DNA from: an uncultured Candidatus Saccharibacteria bacterium
GTDB lineage: Bacteria; Patescibacteriota; Minisyncoccia; Phycocordibacterales; UBA9973
Direction: 5' to 3'
Assembly: GCA_964450735.1 (NCBI GenBank)
Contig: CAYVDC010000007.1
Location: forward strand, 1,374-65,373
DNA length: 64,000 bases
In this document: piece after piece, positions 17,853 through 27,957 of the stretch
Layout: the number at the start of each line of letters is the position of its first letter
Numbering within the stretch: the stretch's first letter is position 1
Program-made: the position numbers and the translations under genes
Notes under the pieces: model-generated
Seen by the model: only the letters and a program-made list of their open reading frames with translations
The model's database searches: none
What the model was told of the DNA's origin: nothing

Positions 17853-18482
17853 TCAAATAACCTTTGAAAGGAAGCTTCTTCGGTGATATGGGGTCAATCC
17901 ATGCTTTTTGATGGCTTTGTAGTGCTCAATCGTTCCATAGCCTTTGTGGTTCTCGAATCCGTATTCAGGATGAACTTCGGAAAGGTCTTCCATGACTTGA
18001 TCACGAAGTACCTTTGCAGCTATCGAAGCAAGGGCGATGACTGGTTCTTTTTCATCCCCTTTGATGATTGTTTCCTGATTGAAATATTCTTCTGGAGCAT
18101 GCAGTCCTCCATCGAGCAGCACATGGACATGGTCTGGATTAACATCGAGCCGTGACAAAGACTCCACCAGTGCGCACTGGATGGCATTGGAAATTCCTAC
18201 CGTATCGATATCTTCGGCTGACACATACGCGACGACATAATCAAGCGTTCCTTGTTCTCGCCATTTCTCAATTTCAACAAACCACTCTTCGCGTTTTTGA
18301 GCTGAGAGTTTCTTTGAATCTTTGACATGATCTGGAGGATCGAGTTCCCTGTCTTTCCATACGAGCGCACAAACCGCAACGGGTCCCGCAAGCGGGCCGC
18401 GGCCTACTTCGTCGATACCGATAATATGTTTTGGCGTCTGTCGTAGTAACACTGTACTAAGTATACCAAAATTTTTATGCAA
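17853..18482 (-). CDS. rnhB: ribonuclease HII
   Basis: IIGIDEVGRGPLAGPVAVCALV is the RNase HII N-terminal catalytic motif. Confidence 0.85.
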   Translation of the reverse strand: MHKNFGILSTVLLRQTPKHIIGIDEVGRGPLAGPVAVCALVWKDRELDPPDHVKDSKKLSAQKREEWFVEIEKWREQGTLDYVVAYVSAEDIDTVGISNAIQCALVESLSRLDVNPDHVHVLLDGGLHAPEEYFNQETIIKGDEKEPVIALASIAAKVLRDQVMEDLSEVHPEYGFENHKGYGTIEHYKAIKKHGLTPYHRRSFLSKVI

Positions 18483-18551
18483 TCAATACCTTTTTCACGC
18501 ACAAAAACAGCCCCTTTCGAGGCTGTTTTATATGATTACTGAATCAATAGA

Positions 18552-19148
18552 TTACGGCTGATACTGTTCAGAAATATTTGTCACAACACCATTGTTGAGC
18601 GTGATCCAATAGAGAAGCTTCGATGCCGTGTACTGAGTCGTAGGAGTATTAAACGCAGTCTTGAATGTCGCGAGCGATACTGGCTGGTTGTAGTAGAAGT
18701 TGCCATCAGTAGGATTGTGGCTGTATGTCTGTAGAGTCACTGTTGCATTTGAAGCAACTGGGAAGAATCGCATCTGCGGGCTGCTATTCACCACCTTGTA
18801 ACCGTTCGTACAGTCAGTTGAGTTGCCTGCACAAGTGAGCCACTGAACGTAGTCAATTGAAAGGCCCGTTGTTCCGTTGTTTTGTGTTGCAATAGATTTG
18901 ATGTAGCCAATATATTTTCCGGTGTTCTGATAGCCAGGAATATTTTCTCCTGAAACTGCAGGTGTTCCAGGAACTACGGCAGGAACTTCATCATTATTTT
19001 TTGTATTTGAATCTGCAGCCTGTGATTGCTGATCATTCTTTACAACTCGTTCAGAAGTTTTTTTGCCCATCTGATATGAGAGAACTCCGACAATAATAAT
19101 GAGCCCGAGAGCGACAAGCGCGATGCTGATTTCCCTGTTGTTTTTCAT
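18552..19148 (-). CDS. hypothetical secreted/membrane-anchored protein (Asn/Thr-rich)
   Basis: N-terminal TM anchor (ISIALVALGLIIIVGVL); no domain recognised. Confidence 0.45.
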   Translation of the reverse strand: MKNNREISIALVALGLIIIVGVLSYQMGKKTSERVVKNDQQSQAADSNTKNNDEVPAVVPGTPAVSGENIPGYQNTGKYIGYIKSIATQNNGTTGLSIDYVQWLTCAGNSTDCTNGYKVVNSSPQMRFFPVASNATVTLQTYSHNPTDGNFYYNQPVSLATFKTAFNTPTTQYTASKLLYWITLNNGVVTNISEQYQP

Positions 19149-19281
19149 AAGTTAGTTTTAATTACAAATAATATTAATAATAAATTAAGTATATATGATA
19201 CATCGAACGAGCGCTATATGTGAAATAAAAAACCGTCCCAGTATGTCGGAACGGTTTAAATAAAATAAGCGAAGGTATAAA

Positions 19282-19662
19282 TTATGAACGAGGCAAAACA
19301 CCAGATAATTCTTGAGTGGCCTCAAGTATGGCATCTATTCGTTGAATAAATTGACCGCCATCTCCTGCTGATAGAGTGGTAGATGAGTAAGTATATTCCT
19401 CAAAAAATTGCCGCATTTGTCTAAGGATACTTATCAGTGTATTTGCACGCGCAAGTCCTTGCGGTGGTTCACCTAATTCAAACGATGCTGGAATGAATTG
19501 TATTAATCCTCGTACTTCATTTGATTTACGCAAGATAACCTCAATGGGATTACCTCCGTGATCTTGCTGGTACAAAGGGAAATTAAACCAACAAAACATA
19601 ATAAATTCTAAAATCCTCTGTTCAACTTTCTGTGCTTTTTCGGTTTGTTCTGGAGTTAGCAT
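19282..19662 (-). CDS. hypothetical protein (126 aa)
   Basis: ORF only. Confidence 0.4.
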   Translation of the reverse strand: MLTPEQTEKAQKVEQRILEFIMFCWFNFPLYQQDHGGNPIEVILRKSNEVRGLIQFIPASFELGEPPQGLARANTLISILRQMRQFFEEYTYSSTTLSAGDGGQFIQRIDAILEATQELSGVLPRS

Positions 19663-19684
19663 ATGCCTGTATTTAGTTTATTTT

Positions 19685-19738
19685 AATTAAGAAATACAAC
19701 AGAAAACAGTTTTCTACTTACTGTTGTATTTCTTAATT
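19685..19738. promoter_or_regulatory. 18-bp perfect inverted repeat in divergent promoter region (candidate operator / 5'-UTR hairpin)
   Basis: AATTAAGAAATACAACAG (19685-19702) against CTGTTGTATTTCTTAATT (19721-19738), with an 18-nt spacer that itself contains AAAACAG/TTTTC. Both flanking genes diverge from here, so it is not a terminator. Confidence 0.45.
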
Positions 19739-19870
19739 TATTTTCAAAGTACCACATATATTATATCACATTTATACTTATATTGTCAATAGCGATAGTA
19801 CCTATATTTTACTTAGTAAATAAAGGATTGAGTACTTGAAGATTGGGGCTAAACCCTGTAAGCTGTACCC

Positions 19871-22800
19871 ATGTCATCCAAGTTCGTCCATCTCCATACT
19901 CATAGTCACTATTCCCTCCTGGACGGACTGACCAAGCTCGACGACATGGTCAAAATCGCCAAGAAAAACGACATGACTGCCATCGCCCTCACCGACCACG
20001 GCAACATGTACGGCGCGATCGAGTTCTACAAAATCTGCAAAAAAGAAGGCATCAAGCCGATCATCGGTGTTGAAGCATATGTAACCGCTGGCTCGCGTTT
20101 CGACAAGACAGCGAACACTGACGGTGGCAAGCGCTACTATCACATGATACTTCTTGCAAAAAACCTGCAAGGATACAAAAATCTCATCCGCCTCGTCACC
20201 AAAGCAAACCTCGAGGGCTATTACTACAAGCCACGAATGGACAAAGAAATTTTGCGCGAATTCCATGAAGGAATCATCGCTCTTTCAGGCTGCATGGGCG
20301 GAGAACTTTCGCAGACACTGTTGAAAAGAAATTATGAAAAGGCTGACGAGATCATCAAAGAATCGCAGGATATTTTTGGAAAAGAAAATTACTTCATCGA
20401 AATCCAGTCGCATCCATCAATCGAAAAAGACAAAGAGCTTCGCGACGAACTTGTAAAAATTGCAAAGAAGCACGGCATCCCTACTGTTGCTACTCAAGAC
20501 TCGCACTATCCATGCCAAGACGACCACGAAGCGCATCATACGCTGCTTGCGATCAACACCCAGAGCGACAACAATGCCGGATTGGAATTTTCAAAAGATG
20601 ACTTTTCATTGATCGATGAAAAAACCGCGCTCGAATATTTCAAAGACGTTCCCGAGTCAGTCGGAAACACCATGCTCGTCGCCGATCTTTGCGAAGACTA
20701 TGAAATTGAGCTTGGCGTTGCATACTTCCCTGAGTTTCCTTTGCCGCCAGGCATTACCGCAGATGAAAAACTCCGTGAGCTCGCATACGCAGGTTTTGCG
20801 TTCCGAGAAACAGATCAATCAAAAGAATACGTAGACCGCTTGGAATATGAACTTTCTGTTATCAAGCAAAAAGGATACGCCGGCTACTTCCTTGTAGTGG
20901 GAGACCTTTTGAAGTTCGCTCGCGAAAATGGCATTCTTACCAACATTCGAGGATCGGTTGCGGGATCGCTCACTACGTTTTTGATCGGTATTACGAACGT
21001 AGATCCGTTGATCTATAAACTTCCGTTCGAGCGATTCCTTAACCCAGAGCGTCCATCCCTTCCCGATATCGATATGGACTACGCCGATAACCGACGTGGA
21101 GAAATGATCGAATATGCGAAGCACAAATATGGCGAAGACCACGTAGCCCAAATCGGTACATTCGGTACCATGATGGCAAAGGGTTCAGTTCGCGACGTTG
21201 CTCGCGCACTCGGTTTCCCGTACGCAATCGGCGATCGACTTTCAACGATGATTCCGATGGGCTCCCAAGGATTTCCAATGACAATCAAACATGCAATGGA
21301 AATGGTTCCAGAACTTGCCAAAGCATACAAAGAAGAACCTGACACGAAAAAAATTATTGACCTCGCTCTCAAACTAGAAGGCTGTGTTCGCCATGTTTCT
21401 GTGCACGCTGCAGGCGTGGTGATCGCCCCAAAACCATTGTATGAATTCGCACCGACACAGTACGATCCGAAGGGTGATGCAATTATCACTCAGTACGACA
21501 TGCACTACATAGAAGACGTAGGTCTGCCAAAATTCGACTTCCTTGGAATCCGAAACCTGGCAATTCTTGCTGATGCAGTGACGCTCGTAAAACAATTGCG
21601 CAACGTTGATGTTGACCTCGACCGTGTTGATATCGAGGACATTTCTACATTCCATATGCTTGCTCGTGGAGAAACCATGGGACTCTTCCAATTGAACGGA
21701 GGCGGGATGACTGCATACCTCAAGCAGCTTCGCCCAACGACAATCCACGATATCAATGCGATGGTTGCACTCTACCGCCCTGGACCGATGGAAATGATTC
21801 CTGAATACATCAAGCGAAAGCACGACAATTCTCTGATCCGATATTTGGACCCACGAATGAAAGACATTCTTGATCAGTCATACGGAGTTATTACCTACCA
21901 AGACGACGTCATGATGATTGCGATCAAACTCGCTGGATATTCATGGCTCGAAGCCGACAAGCTCCGAAAAGCCATGGGTAAGAAAATCCCAGCTGAAATG
22001 GAAGCACAGAAAGAAAAACTTCTCACTGGTTTCGTAAAAAATGGCATGACCGAAAAGAAAGCTCAGCAACTCTGGGCGCTCATTGAACCGTTCGCCGCGT
22101 ACGGATTTAACAAAGCCCATGCTGCTTCATATGGCCGCGTCTCATATCAGACTGCCTACATGAAGGCAAACTTCCCTGTCGAATACATGACAGCTATTTT
22201 GACTGCTGAATCAGGCGATGTAGAAAAAATTGCTGAAATCATCCATGAATGTGAAAAAATGGCGATCGAAGTGCTGCCACCGAACGTGAACGAATCTTTC
22301 GGCGGATTTACTGTTATTGAAAATCTTAAGAAAGAAGAAAAGACGGGCGTCATCCGCTTCGGATTTTACACAATCAAAAACCTGGGAACAGATATCGCGG
22401 ACGCCATCATCGCGGAACGAAAAGCAGGCGGTAAATTTACCTCAATCGGAAATTTCCTCGATCGCATCAAGCACAAAAACCTCAATAAAAAATCAATGGA
22501 AGCTTTAATAAAATCCGGTGCAATGGATTCATTCGGCGACCGTGGTGTCCTTCTCGGAAATATGGAGGATATGCTTGCCTACAATAAAGAAGCAAGCAAG
22601 GTTGCTAACCAAGACTCGCTTTTCGGCGACATGCCGGAAGTAATGGCAATGACATTTACGCTTAAGTCAGGTACGAATGCTTTGGATCGCGACAAGCTGA
22701 TCTGGGAAAAAGAACTGCTCGGCCTCTTCGTTTCAGGACATCCACTCAATGAATACCGTGAAAAAATTGAAAACAGCGGCGTGACTATCAAAAAAATTAA

Positions 22801-23062
22801 AGAAGAACTCGAGAAGGATGCGGCAATCGTATTTGGCGGCATTATTGAGGAAGTAAAAGTCGTCATTACCAAGAACAACGAACGCATGGCATTTATGCGC
22901 GTTGCGGACTTTACCGGAGCCGTAGAATCAGTCGTATTTCCGAAGGTTTTTAAGCAGTTTGGCGACAAGCTGATCGTTGATGCTATCGTGGCAATCAAAG
23001 GAAAAGTATCAGTGCGAAAGGAGGAGAAAAGCGTTTTGGTTGATGGGGTGAAGATCCTCTAG
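19871..23062 (+). CDS. dnaE: DNA polymerase III alpha subunit
   Basis: N-terminal PHP domain (HLHTHSHYSLLDG...ALTDHGNMYG), polymerase core (RPSLPDIDMDY), C-terminal OB fold; 1063 aa. Confidence 0.9.
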   Translation: MSSKFVHLHTHSHYSLLDGLTKLDDMVKIAKKNDMTAIALTDHGNMYGAIEFYKICKKEGIKPIIGVEAYVTAGSRFDKTANTDGGKRYYHMILLAKNLQGYKNLIRLVTKANLEGYYYKPRMDKEILREFHEGIIALSGCMGGELSQTLLKRNYEKADEIIKESQDIFGKENYFIEIQSHPSIEKDKELRDELVKIAKKHGIPTVATQDSHYPCQDDHEAHHTLLAINTQSDNNAGLEFSKDDFSLIDEKTALEYFKDVPESVGNTMLVADLCEDYEIELGVAYFPEFPLPPGITADEKLRELAYAGFAFRETDQSKEYVDRLEYELSVIKQKGYAGYFLVVGDLLKFARENGILTNIRGSVAGSLTTFLIGITNVDPLIYKLPFERFLNPERPSLPDIDMDYADNRRGEMIEYAKHKYGEDHVAQIGTFGTMMAKGSVRDVARALGFPYAIGDRLSTMIPMGSQGFPMTIKHAMEMVPELAKAYKEEPDTKKIIDLALKLEGCVRHVSVHAAGVVIAPKPLYEFAPTQYDPKGDAIITQYDMHYIEDVGLPKFDFLGIRNLAILADAVTLVKQLRNVDVDLDRVDIEDISTFHMLARGETMGLFQLNGGGMTAYLKQLRPTTIHDINAMVALYRPGPMEMIPEYIKRKHDNSLIRYLDPRMKDILDQSYGVITYQDDVMMIAIKLAGYSWLEADKLRKAMGKKIPAEMEAQKEKLLTGFVKNGMTEKKAQQLWALIEPFAAYGFNKAHAASYGRVSYQTAYMKANFPVEYMTAILTAESGDVEKIAEIIHECEKMAIEVLPPNVNESFGGFTVIENLKKEEKTGVIRFGFYTIKNLGTDIADAIIAERKAGGKFTSIGNFLDRIKHKNLNKKSMEALIKSGAMDSFGDRGVLLGNMEDMLAYNKEASKVANQDSLFGDMPEVMAMTFTLKSGTNALDRDKLIWEKELLGLFVSGHPLNEYREKIENSGVTIKKIKEELEKDAAIVFGGIIEEVKVVITKNNERMAFMRVADFTGAVESVVFPKVFKQFGDKLIVDAIVAIKGKVSVRKEEKSVLVDGVKIL

Positions 23063-24225
23063 CCTTTTTTCTGCTTACTCAATAAAAAGCCATTGTGATA
23101 GCTCGAGTAAATATCATTATCATAATACTTAGGAACAATGTCCTTCCCGACGAAATCAACATCTTCAATGGCCGCTGGACGATCGGGGCCAACTGCTTTT
23201 ATTCGAGCCTCCTTGGAGAAATCTTTTACCCAGCCATCCATGGCGCCTGAACTGCAAGCATTAGCAATGAGCTGCGAATCATTAGAAAGAAGCTCTTTCA
23301 TTCTAGGAGCCAGCGTACCAATATCTTCTTGTTTAACGAAACTTCCTTCTGCTGGATCCTCGCCGAGATAAAATCCACTGGCTTCACTGTGAGCAGATAA
23401 AACCGTGAGAGACACTTTCTTTTGAAAATCCTGTTGTACCCGCGCCAATTGTTGTTCCATGGCATCTGATGAAGAGCATTCGACAATCCTGAAATTCAAA
23501 TCTTCTTTTTTATTACGAAATACTTTCGTCCACAATTCTTGTTGGTTATCAAAAGAGCCGATCCCGTCACCTGCAGCAAACAACAAAAGACCCACCTCTT
23601 TATTCTGATCTATTACAGCGAGCTGGTTCAAAAGTATTTCCTTTGGATATCGCTGGAAATTCTTGATGCCGAAGTTTTCATTCAGTTTTTTTACAGAACC
23701 TGGCTGTATGATTTCCAGTTCATCCATGGCTTCAAATGATTTTGTTGCCATGTCGTATGATTCTCCGATCTTGAATTCATCAATATTGTTGAAAATCGTA
23801 TTCCAGTCTTTTCCTTCATTAAAAGCTTTTTCCATCGCCTCATCGTTGAACAATGTTCTTTTAAACAATTCAATATTGAAGTCAGCTATCCCAAATTGCT
23901 CCATTGCGGCTTTTTGCCAGCTTTCCTTTACCGCCTCGTAATCTGAAGCATCAATAGCCTGGGAAGTTTGTTCCCAATCTACCAGAGCCCTATTTTCGGA
24001 ATTCTCAATTTCACCAAGGCTTCCTTTTGCCCGCTCAAGATCTTCACTTGACAGATCAATCTTTTCAAATTGAATTTCTGAAAGTTTTGATTCATCCACA
24101 GAAGCACGAAGCTCTGAAGTTTTTTCAGCTGCAAAAGCCTCAAGGTTTATTTCCTTTTCTACAGAGGACTCGAGATGTGTCTTTTTTCCTTCGTTATGTA
24201 AAGAAGTGTTTTCGGGCGTTGGCAT
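23059..24225 (-). CDS. hypothetical protein with acidic N-terminal region and C-terminal domain carrying a caspase-like His...Cys arrangement
   Basis: The C-terminal region has LTVLSAHSEASGF followed ~47 aa later by LIANACSSGAMDG. This His-Gly / Ala-Cys spacing resembles the peptidase C14/CHAT catalytic dyad; the assignment is tentative. Confidence 0.45.
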   Translation of the reverse strand: MPTPENTSLHNEGKKTHLESSVEKEINLEAFAAEKTSELRASVDESKLSEIQFEKIDLSSEDLERAKGSLGEIENSENRALVDWEQTSQAIDASDYEAVKESWQKAAMEQFGIADFNIELFKRTLFNDEAMEKAFNEGKDWNTIFNNIDEFKIGESYDMATKSFEAMDELEIIQPGSVKKLNENFGIKNFQRYPKEILLNQLAVIDQNKEVGLLLFAAGDGIGSFDNQQELWTKVFRNKKEDLNFRIVECSSSDAMEQQLARVQQDFQKKVSLTVLSAHSEASGFYLGEDPAEGSFVKQEDIGTLAPRMKELLSNDSQLIANACSSGAMDGWVKDFSKEARIKAVGPDRPAAIEDVDFVGKDIVPKYYDNDIYSSYHNGFLLSKQKKG

Positions 24226-24231
24226 ATTATT

Positions 24232-24444
24232 TTAACTCAGTAATTCTTTGCGCAGTTTTTCGATTTTATTGGTATCGGATTTTTTCTTTAACTCAGCTAT
24301 GATCTGGCGTTTCTTACTCCCTAAAAACCGAACTCTGTTTTTGACCCGGTTATACAAGCCCACCAGCAGAGATTTCTTCTTAGTTTCTGATATCAGGTTT
24401 ACCATGAATATGGTAAATGTAGCACAAAAAAACGGGAAAAACAT
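24232..24444 (-). CDS. small basic protein, possibly ribosomal protein S21-like
   Basis: Basic Lys/Arg-rich small ORF (LYNRVKNRVRFLGSKKRQIIAELKKK) with loose resemblance to the S21 ALRRFKR... pattern. Confidence 0.3.
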   Translation of the reverse strand: MFFPFFCATFTIFMVNLISETKKKSLLVGLYNRVKNRVRFLGSKKRQIIAELKKKSDTNKIEKLRKELLS

Positions 24445-24566
24445 CTCGCAAAAACCATAGTGATCTCAGCACTAAACTACCTAGACCGCAAAGTGTTTGC
24501 CCTACAGGAATTGTATGGTACTATCTTCGTATTATCACTTGATTCTCCTCGGAGGAATAAACGGAA

Positions 24567-25949
24567 ATGAGTAAAAAAACAGCCGCTTCCAAAAAAATGT
24601 GGAAGCTCGGAGCCAAAGAATTCAATACGCAATACTTTGACTACAACAAAGATGGAGACTTGGTTGTCAAAGAAGGCAACAATACATACAACCTCCGCTA
24701 CTTAGCGGAAAAAATGGGCACATCGCTCGAAATCTTTTTCCCGTTCATCGTTGAAGAACGCGTGGAGGATTTTCTTGATCTCACCACTTCCCTCATTAAG
24801 AAACTAAAGTACCAGGGAAAGTTCTTTTACCACTACCCAATGAAGGTAAACCAAAACAAGGAAGTTGTTATGGCCCTCATCGGCGAAGGCGCGAACATTG
24901 AGACAGCTTCATACAACGAACTCTACTTGGTCAAGAAAATGCTTGAGCAAGGTACTTTCAATACCAATATCCGCATCCTCTGCAATGGACCAAAGACTTC
25001 TGCATACATGTCACTCATCGACGAACTCCAGCACAAAGGCCTCCGTATTGTGCCAATCATCGAAGGACCGAACGAACTCTCAGCGCTTCAGCACTCACGC
25101 TACGACGTTGGTATTCGACTCGACATGCCGGTCAAAGCAGACTCGATCTGGAACAAGCCGATCGACCGCTTCGGATTCCGAGCGGATGAAATTTTGGAAA
25201 TCGGCAAATTCAAGCACCTCCGTATCCTTCACTACCACGTCGGTTCGCAGATCAACAAGGCAAATGATATTCTCGGCCCGATCAAGTACGCGCTCGATGT
25301 CTTCTTTAAATTAAAAGAAAAGAACCCATCACTCGACACGCTAGATATCGGCGGCGGCATGCCAATTCCCTACGAGCGTAAAAAAGGATACAACATCGAG
25401 AAGATCATGGAAAATATCTTCGAGCTTGCAAAGCGTGAAGCCAACAAGCGAGAAATGCCTCACCCAAACATCATCTGTGAATGGGGCCGCTACATGGTCG
25501 CTCCAGCTCAGGTCACTATCTACAAAGTTATCGATACCAAGAAAATCACCTACAAGAAAAGCGATGCCAAAAAATGGTACGTTATCGACGGCTCATTCAT
25601 GAATGACCTCCTCGATACGTGGGCAATCAAGCAGAACTGGTCAATAGTTCCCGTAAACAACGCTCGCGACGAAGATCTCACTGACGTATGGCTCGGCGGA
25701 TCAAGCTGCGACTCAGATGATATTTACAAAGGAACCGACGGAGCACTCCGACTTCCCGACTTCGATTCAAGCGAAGATGCAAAGCCCCTCATGATCGCAG
25801 TCCTCGACACCGGAGCATACCAAGACCCCCTCGCTTCACACCACTGCATGCTCTCCTCACCGCTCAAGCTCATCGCCCAAAACGGACACATCATGGTAGT
25901 CCGCAAACGCGAAACCCCTGACGACGTCGGAAAAGCGTTCGGATGGTAA
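24567..25949 (+). CDS. PLP-dependent (fold-III) decarboxylase, compact SpeA-like arginine decarboxylase
   Basis: YFDYNKDGDLVV resembles the SpeA N-terminus; PLP-Lys motif HYPMKVN; GEGANIETASYNEL; GGG loop LDIGGGMP. Good GGAGG RBS. Specificity for arginine is inferred from neighbouring agmatinase. Confidence 0.65.
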   Translation: MSKKTAASKKMWKLGAKEFNTQYFDYNKDGDLVVKEGNNTYNLRYLAEKMGTSLEIFFPFIVEERVEDFLDLTTSLIKKLKYQGKFFYHYPMKVNQNKEVVMALIGEGANIETASYNELYLVKKMLEQGTFNTNIRILCNGPKTSAYMSLIDELQHKGLRIVPIIEGPNELSALQHSRYDVGIRLDMPVKADSIWNKPIDRFGFRADEILEIGKFKHLRILHYHVGSQINKANDILGPIKYALDVFFKLKEKNPSLDTLDIGGGMPIPYERKKGYNIEKIMENIFELAKREANKREMPHPNIICEWGRYMVAPAQVTIYKVIDTKKITYKKSDAKKWYVIDGSFMNDLLDTWAIKQNWSIVPVNNARDEDLTDVWLGGSSCDSDDIYKGTDGALRLPDFDSSEDAKPLMIAVLDTGAYQDPLASHHCMLSSPLKLIAQNGHIMVVRKRETPDDVGKAFGW

Positions 25950-25965
25950 AGCTATGAATGCCGAA

Positions 25966-26026
25966 GCATATCACTTTCTGAAATTGCCCTGCCCGCTAAG
26001 AGAAACAATTTTAGAAAGTGATATGC
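25966..26026 (+). promoter_or_regulatory. 21-bp near-perfect hairpin between decarboxylase and deoxyhypusine-synthase-like genes (candidate attenuator/processing/binding site)
   Basis: GCATATCACTTTCTGAAATTG against CAATTTTAGAAAGTGATATGC (20/21 complementary) with a 19-nt loop; no downstream U-run. Confidence 0.4.
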
Positions 26027-26082
26027 GTAGGCATCGAAAATAACTGTATCTCGAATTATTTATTAGATAATATTTAGATGTT

Positions 26083-27105
26083 ATGCAAAACAACTTACCA
26101 ACACTTGAATTCATCCTCAAGCATTACCAAAACTTCAACGCTCGTGCGACAAAGGACGCAACTATCGCATACTGGCGCCACATGGAACAAGGCGGCAAGA
26201 TGTTCTGGGCAATTGCAGGTGCGATGTCATCAGCACAGCTCGGTATCGTTCTCGCTCCAGCAATCCGCGCAGGATTGATCCACGGTATTTCTTCAACTGG
26301 CGCAAACCTCGAAGAATCACTCTTCCGACTCGTTGCTCACAATCACTACAAGGACTTCCCAGACTACCGATACTTTACCAAAGAAGACGACACAAAAATC
26401 CTCGAAGACCGCATGCGCCGCGTCACTGACACATCGATCCCAGAAGACGAAGCATTCCGCGTCGTCGAAAAGCAGATCGTACCAACATGGATCAAAGCAA
26501 CCGAGGACGGAACACGAAAATTCTGGCATGAATATTTCTATGATCTCATCCAGTCAGTAGACAAGAAAGATCACCAAGGAAAGACTGAGGAATGCTGGCT
26601 CCTCGCAGCAGCTGAAGCAAAGCTCCCTATCGTTGTTCCAGGATACGAAGACTCAACATTCGGAAACATCTTTGCTGCTCACGTAAAAGCAGGTGAAGCT
26701 TCTGCATCAATCGCAAAATCAGGAATCGAATACATGGGAGAGTTTTATGACAACTACCAGGAACTCTCAAAAGGCGCTGGCGTAGGATTCTTCCAGATCG
26801 GCGGAGGAATCGCTGGTGACTTCCCAATCTGCGTCGTTCCATCACTCAAATACGATATGGAAGTCAAAGACGTAAAGCCGTGGGCTTACTTCTGCCAGAT
26901 CTCAGACTCAACCACTTCATACGGTTCATACTCAGGTGCAACTCCAAACGAAAAGATCACGTGGGACAAGCTCACTCAGGATACACCGATGTTCGTTGTT
27001 GAATCAGATGCAACCATCGTTGTTCCACTTATGCTCAACGCATTGATGGAAGCGAAAGCAAATCCAGAAGCAGCAAACAAACTCATCGCGCAGTACACAA
27101 AATAA
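26083..27105 (+). CDS. deoxyhypusine synthase-like protein (probable homospermidine synthase)
   Basis: DHS-family blocks AIAGAMSSA, GISSTGANLEE, VVPGYEDSTFGN, IGGGIAGDF. Confidence 0.75.
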   Translation: MQNNLPTLEFILKHYQNFNARATKDATIAYWRHMEQGGKMFWAIAGAMSSAQLGIVLAPAIRAGLIHGISSTGANLEESLFRLVAHNHYKDFPDYRYFTKEDDTKILEDRMRRVTDTSIPEDEAFRVVEKQIVPTWIKATEDGTRKFWHEYFYDLIQSVDKKDHQGKTEECWLLAAAEAKLPIVVPGYEDSTFGNIFAAHVKAGEASASIAKSGIEYMGEFYDNYQELSKGAGVGFFQIGGGIAGDFPICVVPSLKYDMEVKDVKPWAYFCQISDSTTSYGSYSGATPNEKITWDKLTQDTPMFVVESDATIVVPLMLNALMEAKANPEAANKLIAQYTK

Positions 27106-27119
27106 TTTTGGAAAGAAAA

Positions 27120-27150
27120 AATGGCAACGGAATACAATTCCGTTGCCATT
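27120..27150. terminator. bidirectional Rho-independent terminator
   Basis: AATGGCAACGGAA-tacaa-TTCCGTTGCCATT flanked by A/T runs. Confidence 0.55.
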
Positions 27151-27168
27151 TTGAATTTAGGGCGCTCT

Positions 27169-27792
27169 CTAATTTTTAGTTAAACTATATGCTGCTTTTA
27201 CATCAAACAGCGAACTTACAAATTTTTTCTGCATGCTGTCGTACGCCGGCCGTAAGAGTTCACATTTTGCTTCAAAAGCCGCATGCGCGTTTTCGATACG
27301 CGTATCGCATTCGCTTGATAGCATGTGCATTTGAGCGTTGTATTTTGCAAACCCTACCGAAGTAGTAGTATTTTCAAAATCCGTAATCCGCTCAAAATTG
27401 TTTGTAGTAAAAACGTCCTTATAACTGCGGTAACCAGCAGAGTCGGTTGCCTGAAATTGATCCATAGCAGAAGCTTCACCTTTAGCGCGAACAGCATTGA
27501 AGCTGTCCTTAAGGGCTTTTTGCTCTTCTAAATACGTTTCAATTTCAGCACGGTATTTGCTGTCATTAGCTTCCAATACTGCTTGCAATAAATTCCACTT
27601 CTCTTCAAGCGTAGCCTTGCTACTCATCAAAGAATCCGTGTTTAATTCATACAAAATAGTACCGGTAACAGGAGCCATAATCTGGTTTTGTGCTTCCACG
27701 ATTGTGGGTTGCACTTCTTTGGTATTACAAGCCATTAAAAATAATACTGCAAAGAAAAATACTGCGGGGTTTGTGAACGTTTTCATTGTCAA
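27169..27792 (-). CDS. hypothetical lipoprotein
   Basis: Signal peptide ending in a lipobox-like LMAC (FFFAVLFLMACNT). Confidence 0.5.
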   Translation of the reverse strand: MTMKTFTNPAVFFFAVLFLMACNTKEVQPTIVEAQNQIMAPVTGTILYELNTDSLMSSKATLEEKWNLLQAVLEANDSKYRAEIETYLEEQKALKDSFNAVRAKGEASAMDQFQATDSAGYRSYKDVFTTNNFERITDFENTTTSVGFAKYNAQMHMLSSECDTRIENAHAAFEAKCELLRPAYDSMQKKFVSSLFDVKAAYSLTKN

Positions 27793-27908
27793 TTGTGTTT
27801 TGTTAGAAAAAACAAAATACTTAGGGTCGCTCAGTACTTAGTTTTTCCAACAAAAATATTTCAAAGAGATTGGGTGTATTATAGCATATATATGCCTATT
27901 AGTCAATA

Positions 27909-27938
27909 TAAAACCCCCTTATTTTATAAGGGGGTTTT
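27909..27938. terminator. bidirectional terminator
   Basis: AAAACCCCCTTA-tttta-TAAGGGGGTTTT. Confidence 0.55.
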
Positions 27939-27957
27939 ATATTGCATGGAGTTACTT

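Noticed and set aside
19874-20266. 130-aa antisense ORF within the dnaE PHP-domain region
   Set aside because: It is antisense to a strongly supported gene, with His/Val-rich composition and no RBS.
24232-24444. Calling the 70-aa basic ORF ribosomal protein S21 with confidence
   Set aside because: Only a loose pattern resemblance to S21 and the basic composition are seen. It is kept as a low-confidence feature rather than given a gene symbol.
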